Origin: Lytechinus pictus
Taxonomy: Eukaryota
Assembly: GCF_037042905.1 (NCBI RefSeq)
Contig: NC_087246.1
Location: 6,884,001-6,948,000 of the forward strand
DNA length: 64,000 bases
Direction of reading: 5' to 3'
The notes below the pieces were generated by a model. That model saw nothing but the letters and a program-made list of their open reading frames with translations. It had not been told where the DNA came from and did not search any database. The position numbers were made by a program, and so were the translations under genes. The first letter of the stretch is position 1. Every line of letters starts with the position of its first letter. Shown piece after piece: positions 54,315 to 64,000 of this stretch.

Positions 54315-54932
54315 ATCATTGGCGTTCATCTGAATCATTGTCTTAGTCAATTTTTGTCCAAAAAACAAAATTATTTTGAGATTTTTGCAGAAAATGAAAG
54401 TACAAGTCCTATTCTATTCATAAATTTCTAGGCAGCAATTTATTTTAGTTTCTGAGATATGTTAGGATTTTCATGGCAATGCCATACAAATTGTTTGTAA
54501 AATGTGCAAATCCCATAGGAAGCGTGTACTGTAGCAAAGCAAACAACAGCTTTGTGTACTTGATGCAAATGCGCGGTCAGTCAATTCATCTTATTGGCAC
54601 TGCATTGACTTTGCACGTGAAAAAAACGATACAACGTTTCGACTGACCGCGCCCATTGAAATCGCAGTCAGGGTTGTTGTATTGCCTATGGCGTTTTTGT
54701 ACAAGGAAAATCTAAACCGCTCAAACCGAAATTATAAGCATGTAGCTGTTTCGGGATAGTTTCTCTGATCCTTGGTTTTATGTAAAAATAAAGATACCAA
54801 TGTCAAGCGATTGTCTTGGTCTTTCCAAACATGTATCTTTCTAGCAATAAATATGTTTTAAGGCAAGGGAATTTAGTGCAAAAATTACAGTAAACTTTGA
54901 AGTCGATTTTCTCTGAAATGGGTTTGCACCAT
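54315..54932 (-). mobile_element. MITE family B, inverted and more diverged copy
   Basis: Reverse complement of 46374-47030, e.g. gtaaactttgaagtcgattttctctgaaatgggtttgcacc. Degenerate TIR atcattggcgttcatctgaatc. Confidence 0.88.
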
Positions 54933-55433
54933 CTACATGTATGTGGAGGTTTTCTTTATACTCTTGTAATGGCTTTGAATCCATAGCACGTCAGTAAGAT
55001 CTCTGCAGCATTTGGTGCACAGGACCCTGACGCACCATTAATCAACAAACAACAAGAAATGTTTTTTTCAGACAATCGACATTTGTAATAAACAGCCTAT
55101 CACCTGTCTCCCACAAATTGCATTTAAAGCAGCCCTGACAGATCCATATATTAATTTCTGACCACTGAATTCAAATAATCAATTATAGCTGTAAATATCT
55201 GAATGATAAGCACCTTAAAACGTTAACAACAACATTCTGTCATATCTTAGATTGAACCATTCTTTGTGGATCCCACTAGAGAAAAGATGGTCATGATCTG
55301 TGGAGGAATAGGAAATCTGATTTCAAGATTGAGTGATTGAATCCTGAAAAATTAGCACTTCTGGAGTTTTCTGGTCCTGAACCTTTTATGAATTGAAATA
55401 GTTCACACCCACGTATTCATGAAAGGGGTATAG

Positions 55434-57189
55434 CATACATGCCAACCATTCCGATTTTGGCGGAATTATACCGATTTTTCGACCTCCATTCCGAATTTCG
55501 AATTTTAAAACCAAAATTACGATTTTGGGGTTAATCAATATAGTGTTGAAATTATTGAAACGGCTGCATAATGCGACTAACGCATGCACGGCTGTAAGAT
55601 GCGACTAACACATAAACGACTGGAGCGCACGGCTACGCAAATGCGCTAGCTACACGATATACAGAGCGACTTTAAACGGCGCGCGAACGCTGCTAAGTGC
55701 GCAGTTCCATTGCAAATACATGTGAAAATTAACAAGCGTACACGCAACGGCCGCACTTAGGGCGCTACATTTTGAGGTGTTGTCGTTAGCGTTTACTTCC
55801 GGAAAAAAAATGGCGGCTGACATCGGCTAGCGAAAGAGCTAGTTTTTAGTGAGGACATGTTTTCATAATCCACGAACATCGGAAAAACCATGAAAAAGTC
55901 ACCTTTTTAGACCCCTTGTTTCCTAACTACGATGTTAAGAATCACCGATGGTGATATTTTTGACGGGAAACATGGTGATTTAGGTAAGAAAATTTCACTT
56001 TTTATTTGAGGTTTATACCCATGTCGCCGGATGATTTTGTAGTGTGGGAGTGAGTTAGTGATGTAGCGTACATGTCTAGAGTGTGTTGGTGATTACAGTG
56101 GTATATTGCTGAGTCTGCTGATGATGATGAACGGCTGAAGGTCGCATGAACACCGGCCCCTGCCCGGCCGCGTACCGACGCAATTGCTCTCAAGTTAGAT
56201 CTATCCCTACGCAATTTTAACATTGATCTGTACTTTATTTTTTGAATAATTGTCAATTTTTTGAGGAAGAAAGATTATAAACTTTCGATCTCGGGTTGAG
56301 CCTTCGGAGCCGAACGCCAAATCTACTTTACTTGCTTCGCTTGCCTAAACTCCCGGCGCCCGCCCAGTGGCTGCGCCTCAGCCTCCCCGTCTTACCAGGG
56401 CACCGCAAGTGCAGTGGTGGGTGTGGGTCGGGCGCATGCAGCCGTTAGTTTCGGCTCCGTTTTTGTCATGGTTGAATATCTGCTTTCTTCTACCATCAAG
56501 CACTTATCCAATGTAGGTTATGATATAACCTTGTCCTCAGTCAGTAACCCCTGTGTGGTGAAATAACATGAATAAGACAATGTCAATGTTTGGCTTATTT
56601 TCTCTTGATGCATGAAATGATAGATAGGCTGGATAATAAATGTTTGATTTTTTGGCTTGTCAGTTTTTAATACAGTAGGGATAACTTATATCTAAATTCA
56701 TCATAAAAAATATGCCTTGGCCCAAAACTCAATTGAAATCTTGAAATTATTTTTTGTCTAATTAAAAAGAGAATCTATGGAGATGAAGATCTGCATCAAT
56801 CTCACTTTCCAGCAATAGAGGGCCTCACAAAAAAATGCTCAAAATCAAAGTTTTTAGAGAGCTCTGATAAACAAGAAAAATTATCCCTAAGTCTATATAG
56901 ATTTAAATGAAAACAAATCACACCTGAATGAAACTGGGTGTTTTTTGTCACAGAAGTGATATTTTAAAGACCTTTTTTTATTTTCAATTGATAAATGAAG
57001 GTAGACTCTACATGTAGGTCATCCTCTGGTGTGGTAATGAGGGTAAATTTGCTTTAAAAAGTGTAGGGAAATGCTACTTTTACATGCTGAAAATGCAAAG
57101 AGTCCCTACCGTTGGAGCGGGCCGGACACCCGCTCGGCGCCCTCAGAACTTTGATACTGATTTTTTATTATCAAAGGTTGGCAGGTATG
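55434..57189. mobile_element. 1.76-kb non-autonomous DNA transposon with 14-bp TIRs and 6-bp TSD
   Basis: gtatag|catacatgccaacc ... ggttggcaggtatg|gtatag. CpG-rich interior. No transposase ORF. Confidence 0.88.
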
Positions 57190-59487
57190 GTATAGGCTCA
57201 TTCATAAGTTTGGGGACCAACATGCTTAATATTAGAATGCTGTGATTATTGGAGTTTTACTACTTTCTCAATTTTTAAATAGATAATTTGATATTTCTTT
57301 AATCTATAACTTTTTCCACTTTCTATACTAATGAATGTCCATAGAGATCAAGACCTATCATCCCTTCACATCAAGCCAACTTTCCTCTTTATAAAGAACT
57401 TATAAAGATGAAACTTGAACCACTCTCTCTGTGATTCCAGTGAAAATAAATCTTGCCACATTTCAACAGATCTCAATATTGTGGCTGATAGGTCGTCAGG
57501 GTATCCTTTAATTTTAGTGTCAGGCCAGGCTGGATAACCCTCTGAACTATAACTCTGTTTGGATGTTTAGATAGGAATCAGGTTGAAAGACGAGCGTGAA
57601 TATGCTGAAATGCTGTCAACCCTGATGAACGAAAGCATCGCGGGGAGCGGGAGCGTATGGGTTGAAAAACGGGGCATAATCTATGAAACACTACCTCAAG
57701 GAGTGTTATTATCTTCACCTCTGGTCCATTCCAACAGAGGTAATGTTGACTTGATATGGAAATTTGATAAAATTAAGTCATCAGAATATAGCTCTGGTCA
57801 AAGTTTTGTTGAACAAAGTTCTTAAGCAAAAAATTCAGAGGCATAAAATTTCAGTGGTATATACCATTTTTGTAACATGTTTTTTATCCAAACAATAGTT
57901 GACCATCCATTCCCATTAGCCCTGTGTAAGGCTGTAGACACGATGCATTCTTGATTTAGTTGCTTGGGCCGTGTGACAAGAATGACATGGCTTTCTTGCT
58001 TAATTTGTTGAGAATTTTCATATTTCACCCTTGAGCTTTTTTGATTTATCAACAATTTTACTTTGCTTAATATCATTATTCAATAATGACATAATGTCTT
58101 TATTGCACTGCACAACCAAGGAGGCCTTTATCATTTGAATATAGATTTTGGGGTTTTAACTTTAGATTTATGCAGTCTTTTTTTCCATAAATTTGGTTAC
58201 TTCATTGGAACATAATAGGCTTACTGAAGGTCTAATGTTTGTCATAACTGTCAAATATATGCTTGTCACTTCCTTTCAACCACCCTACCTGAAAACATCA
58301 TCATACCCCATCTCCAGAGAGAAAACTTGACCCCTGACACTGACGATGGGTGGGGTCACAAGAGGTGAGGTTTAAGTCTATGACCCCCACCACCCAAGGG
58401 GCACATTATTGTGTCAGGGAGGCAGTTGAGGAGAGACAAACGAGGCTCTAGAGAGCTGGGATTCCATGTTTGTGATTAACCCCTCCTCACCCTTTGATGT
58501 AAACAGCTCTAAGATAAATACAATGGAGCATTTACACTGAGAATATAAATCTTGTTGTAAATTAGCCTCTTTATTTTATGATACAAACATATTCTTTATA
58601 ATGGCTACACATTATTTATAAATACTTTTATATGAATGTGAAGTTCCTGGGAAGTAAACAGCTTCTAACAATACAAATAATTGGAATCTTGATTTGGTTA
58701 GATATTCTTCTCTCATAATCCTTAATGTCATAAGAGCTCCATGAAGTTACAGTGGTACATTAACAGGTCCTTTTTATTTGGTGATCTTGAATGATATAAC
58801 ATTCATCATTCATACTCGAATCACTATCCTGTTGTAATCTATACCTTCTCTTTATTGTGCGTGCATGGCAATTTTCAATTCATGCGTGCCTGTTGTAATG
58901 TGTTAGGCGAAGCGTGTTGTGTGAACGCGTTGTGTGAAATGTACAGTTCGCATAAGAGTTAACACCTGTCTACCAGACCAACAGGAATGGTAAATGGCAA
59001 ACATAAATCCAAACGCTCTTCTACCAGCCAGGCAACAATATGTTATCTTTACTAGTGTTGCATATTACTCTTTTTAAATTTCTACCATGTATAGAATAAT
59101 CGAATCTGAATTACTATCTGAACATTGATCTATCCCATTAAGTTTTGAACTGAGAGATGAGATACAAATCTTGCTTTTCTTGCATTATGCCTAGATTAGA
59201 ATGAGAATTAGAGGTAGAATGTCAGGTTTATACCTCCAGGGGCTGTGGAAGTTTAGAGTTTAGATTAGGATGCTGGGTTTGTTTCAGGTGACCCATAGCT
59301 GAAGTGCATTATAAAACTCCCACCTGATCTTCCATCATGCACAGAGCCTATTTTATTGTTGCAGAGAATTTTAGGTGGGCCGCTGCAAAAAGGATTGGTG
59401 TGATTTTTCCGGAAACCAAAGCATCATCCGAGATTAGTGATTGGGGCCAGAAGGTGAGAGGTGATTCTGAATCAATGCTAAGAGCTA

Positions 59488-60120
59488 TTGGAGACCTTTC
59501 GTTTTCTGTGACGAGCCATGTGGACGTACGAGATTAAGGAATTTTGGGAGCGCTGCGCATGCGTGAAGTAATCTGTGACGAGCCTTCTCGTTAACTGCCC
59601 AAATCTGTGACTCGTATTTGAGGGTTTTGACGTTCGGTGTCATACTGCTCGAACGAGCGCTAGTTCGTACATGATGACATCATCCAAGCTTAGCAAAAAT
59701 GAATGAAGCCGCATCAATATTCGAGTTTCGTTGATTCAGCAGGGCTGGTAAACTGCATATTACTGCTTGTTACCAGCTTTTCCATTACATTTAGTGTGTC
59801 CTGTTTTCAGACACTACATATCCGATAGGTAATTGATGTTCTATTTCCAAACAACTGTGTTTTTTTCGGCTTTTTGCGCAAGAGTGCACCCACAGTCGCC
59901 CCACTGGTTCGTAGCGTGATGCTATACCTGATTCTCCGGCCGAGCATCGGCCCACGGCCCGCTCGCTATCACGCTGGTATATGCTGTGGCCTGGTATGGG
60001 TACGTCGACTTAAATCGAAACTGTTTTCATCAATGTACGAACGTGATACTGAACGAGCGGTGTCACTACTTCCAGTGAACTAGGACTACGTTGCAGTCGC
60101 AGACAATCGAAAGCTCCTTA
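59488..60120. mobile_element. CpG-rich non-autonomous TIR element (termini reminiscent of Academ)
   Basis: ttggagacctttcgttttctgtgac versus gtcgcagacaatcgaaagctcctta, an imperfect inverted pair bounding an abrupt CpG-rich block. Confidence 0.55.
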
Positions 60121-61531
60121 TTATGTTAGCAAGGAAAGCATGTTGTGCTGGTTTTGATATTGTCACCTGGTTCTCCCATCCTCTCATTGTTACAGTTAAT
60201 GAAATCCACTAGTTATATTCTTGTTATTGATGGTAATGGTATAGGCTCCCAGTGTAGTGAACAGAGAATGTTAATGATTATAAATGGCATCATATATAGG
60301 CCCTAATAGAGCAAATTAAAATACAATGATCCTCTTTTGTTTTGCTGCTGCATATTCCAGAGTTTAGAAGGGGCATTACCAGTGTTCACACAGTGGGATT
60401 GCAATGTTTGGTTATGCGTGATTCATCCTGGGTTTTTTTTTTTTTTGGGGGGGGAGGGGCAGGATTTTTTGGCATTTGCAATAATAAAGAAATACATAAC
60501 AAAGTCGATGTCACCAAAAACTGATAATATCAACCACTTTTCAGGCCCTTATTTCCTTATCTAGATCTAAATATTGAATCTTCCATAATGATACTATATT
60601 TTAAAACATGTTAAGTTTTACCTTTGATTAAAATGCTAGCATAATTCTTCAGGAATGTCTTTCAAAACGTCTTTCAAATTATGTTTGTAGGTCAGAAATC
60701 AAGTAAACGCACCCCAGGTTTGAAAAGCCATAAATGAAGTATCCTTGCTTTCACACACATTTCTTCCTTTTTAAAACTCTTTGAGTGAATATTTCAGTTG
60801 TCTTTTCCCAGAGACCATAGATGCTACAATATTAGACTTTCACCCCTACACCTGCAGGTGAATGATTGACATCAGTGGTTGTATATCATCACCGAAAGGA
60901 GAAACATGAAAAGAGGAATCAATTGAGGCAATCAAGTCCAAATTGTTGCCAATTTGGAATATCATAAAAATAGGATATCAGGTTTACTCCCCGTGGTGTC
61001 AATATTTTAGCCTTCTCAGTACCCTCTACATGCCAGTAGCAATCAAAACTATCATACCACGCCCTTTCTGGGGCATAAATCTTTAATTTCAGAATTTTAT
61101 TCTTCCTTCTCCAATTTCCTTTCATTTACATCACCCTTTAGCCTCGTTCTAGCTGCGGTGTGCTTGTATCACTTCAATTTACATCTTTATTAAATTCAGG
61201 AAGACATTTGTAAAATTGCTTCCATATAATATTTCCTTGTTGTGACTCAGCAGTTTTATTAGTTACAAAATCATTTCTTTATTCTATTCAATTTGTAGTC
61301 CCGAAATGAGGTGAAGTTGTCCTTGTTATTGAGGTACTTTAATATTGGACTTTCTTTGAAATGCTTTGAGATATGTAAGACTTTACTGCTTTACAGAAAA
61401 ATTAAATAAATGTTTGATATTTCTTTAAACCCCTGAATAATTATGCATGCTCTATGATGATTTGTACATGATTTGTTAGAATGCTATCTTCAGTAATATC
61501 AATGGAATTTTCCTGGTAAAGTGAAACCTAA

Positions 61532-62537
61532 AGCCCCAGTCACATATAGACATGGATCCTTGAATCAACACGGCAATGCCGGCATGATCCGGGGAGGTCC
61601 GGGATCGTTTTGCCCCGGATTAAGCATCGACGAGCGTTGATGACAGCACACACGGCATCTTCACAAGGATCTACACGGACAATGCCGACAGAGCACGTCG
61701 TCTACACGGACCATCTGGTCGTCAACACGGACCAACACAGACCTACACGTCAGCAACACGGACCAACACGTCAGCAATACGGACCAACACGTCAGCTACA
61801 CGGACCAACACGTCAGCTACACGGACCAACACGTCAGCTACACGGACCAACACGTCAGCTACACGTCAGCAACACGGACCAACATGTCAGCTATATTGAC
61901 CAGCACATCAAATTAAAATCTGCTCATAAAAATGAGCTGATTTTTGTTTTATTTATTTCATTCATTTTCTCATCCTTGTCGCAACATCGTAATTGATTTC
62001 TGAGTGAATTACAAAATAAAAAAGTATATAAAAACTCAAAACTTCCTTAACCAGTAAAAACGCTGTTTTATTTTTTATACAACACAGTTAACTGTTTTTA
62101 CAGTAGTTGTTAAGTTCTTGAAATCTTAAACAAGAAATTCAATTTTGAATATTTAATCTTAAATAAATTAAGCATAATTATGTTAATGTCAACTGTTTAG
62201 CAACTACTGAAAAGTTCATAAAATAAACAGTGTTGTATAACATTGATGGGGAAAAAACACGAACTGCTAAATATACTCCAGGCTGCTACACGTACCTACA
62301 CGTCAGCAACACGGACCAACACGTCAGCTACACGTACCAACCCGGATTGCATGTCTACCCGGCAGTCCACGGATGACGCCTGAAGTTTTTGGCAGTCAAA
62401 AACTGCCGTGTTGGCCTCCCGGACGTTTAAGGACCAACACGGACCTCCAAGGATGCCCAAGGCGCCAACTCGGATCTCTCCCCGGATCAGATCCGGGATG
62501 GTCCGGTGTGGTCCGGGGTCTATATGTGACTGGGGCT
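61532..62537. mobile_element. PIF/Harbinger-type MITE with TAA TSD and perfect 20-bp TIRs
   Basis: taa|agccccagtcacatatagac ... gtctatatgtgactggggct|taa. Confidence 0.95.
61723..61892. repeat. 21-bp tandem repeat (acacggaccaacacgtcagct) inside the Harbinger MITE
   Basis: About 7 units, giving the HGPTRQL heptad in the ORF track. Further units at about 62286-62340. Confidence 0.92.
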
Positions 62538-62656
62538 TAAACATTATTTGAAGTGTGGAAGATAAAAAGTGCAACCCTTTGAGAAGATGTTAGGGTCATT
62601 GGGAATCCCATACCTTTAGGGATCCTCATGATAGAAGAACTAGCCAGCTATCAGTG

Positions 62657-62772
62657 TAATCCGTAACTAATCCTTTCCTAATCCATTTGATAGGATTAAT
62701 AAAGCTGTTAACAGTTAATCTTGTTTGAAGGTACACTGGTATTGAAGCTGTAAGAGGATTAATGAGGGATTA
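62657..62772. promoter_or_regulatory. Homotypic cluster of K50-homeodomain (Otx/Pitx/Gsc-type) sites, candidate enhancer
   Basis: TAATCC at 62657, 62668 and 62679; GGATTA at 62693, 62756 and 62767; TAATCT at 62716. Seven sites in 116 bp of non-repetitive sequence. Confidence 0.55.
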
Positions 62773-64000
62773 GGGAGGACTAGACTGAGGGTTGAGACAC
62801 TGGGGGAAGGTCAAACCATGGGCTAGGCCCATTTGAATGGGATATGTTGACTGGTTAGAGTAAATATTGTGTTCACCTATAATTTACTTGTAAACATTCT
62901 TTCATGAATCTCAAATTGCATAGTAACTATCCCACAGAAACTTGGTAATATTTGCAGGGTTTTCTTCGTTAATTTTCACAATTAATATTTTTGTTTATTG
63001 CTAAGCTTGTATCTGATAAATTATGCAGGCTTTAAGGCCTAGGCCTATATCGTTGGTTTGTAAATATGACATTTAGTTTGGAATATAACATTTATATAAT
63101 TTATTGGAATGGCATTAAGTAAAATGATACAAGGTATTTGGTCCATCCATTTGCATGTGGTAGTATTCCTGGATGTGTACCTCAACATGCCCAAGAGATG
63201 GCATGATGAAGGATGTTGTTTCTCAATTAGTGTGGCAGCCCAATGATTATTCTGAGTCAAAACAATTTAGAAATCTGAAAACTAAGCTTGATGGGGTAAC
63301 GCGTATGAGTTGACACCTCGCTCATACCATTCTTTGGAGTCACATTTGACTTTACTAGCACAAGTGGGCGCACACACTAAATCCCATCTAACTTATAAAA
63401 TATCAACTTATTTCAGACCAAACTTAAATGAATGAATAAAGGGATGAAATGGAATATGCATAGTAAATTTAGTCAGAAATAAGTTGATATTTTATAGGTT
63501 AAAAGGGATTTTGTGTATGCGCCTTTCTGCTTGGAGAGAAATTTGCACCCTTTTGCCTGCCGATCGACGAAGTGTGGATCCCGTGAGAAAGGGGTCTGTA
63601 GTTCTGTATGTCCTCATATGCACTTTTAATTCCCTCTTGGCCATGTACTTATCAGCAGTTGAGATAACAATTGGATAGCTATGCCTGCCAGCTATTAAAA
63701 GAGCCCCCTTTTTAAAGGATTTTTTGGGGTAAATTAGATCACCTATAGCTTCCACCCCATTTAGCCTAGTATTAGCTTAGAACATCTGCCTGTATTTAGT
63801 TACATCATGTGGCAATCACTACAGACATGCTTGGATTCCTTTATGTGTGTTTGTTTGGGTTTTCCATTTTGTTGTTGTTGCTGTTTTGGCTAGTCTCTAA
63901 ACCCCCAGGTCCAATAGTGAAATAGTTCTAAGTCCATGGCATTGATAGCTATGAATCATCCAGCACTGAGATTTTTTTTTTCAAAGTTGAAATACTCACT

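Noticed and set aside
57583..57825. LPQG motif reminiscent of a reverse-transcriptase motif
   Set aside because: No downstream YxDD or other RT motifs and the ORF is short. Likely chance.
59811..59828. 18-nt exon-like segment (ttttcag|...ATAG|gtaatt)
   Set aside because: Inside a TIR-bounded element and ends in TAG in frame 0. More likely a relic of the transposon's own transcript, though exonisation cannot be excluded.
61610..61996. ORF with HGPTRQL heptads; CRISPR-like appearance of the repeats
   Set aside because: A 21-bp tandem repeat within a Harbinger MITE. No unique spacers, no cas genes, eukaryotic context.

Overview
AT-rich, essentially non-coding eukaryotic DNA. The repeat landscape looks like an invertebrate deuterostome, probably a sea urchin; this is inference, not a database match. 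None of the supplied ORFs looks like a real gene. The best coding signal is a 30-nt, frame-preserving exon at 17305-17334 (+), with a long polypyrimidine tract, CAG acceptor and GTAAGT donor. It encodes CDSESDQDTH, which matches from memory the 30-nt exon 5 of vertebrate AUTS2 (CDSDSDQEEK). The window therefore probably lies inside two very large introns of an AUTS2/FBRSL1-family gene on the + strand, with the neighbouring coding exons outside the window. The introns hold many non-autonomous DNA transposons: Kolobok/T2-type (TTAA), PIF/Harbinger-type (TAA), hAT-like, a Helentron/DINE-1-type element and a Crypton-like hairpin element, including two nested insertions. They also hold mini- and microsatellites and a tRNA-like relic. 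Best leads: the AUTS2-like mini-exon, two well-flanked stop-containing candidate exons (22302-22383 and 32851-33043), a nested sense-strand fold-back at about 19757-19971, and a dense TAATCC (Otx-type) site cluster at 62657-62772. All family assignments rest on termini and TSD structure read by eye.
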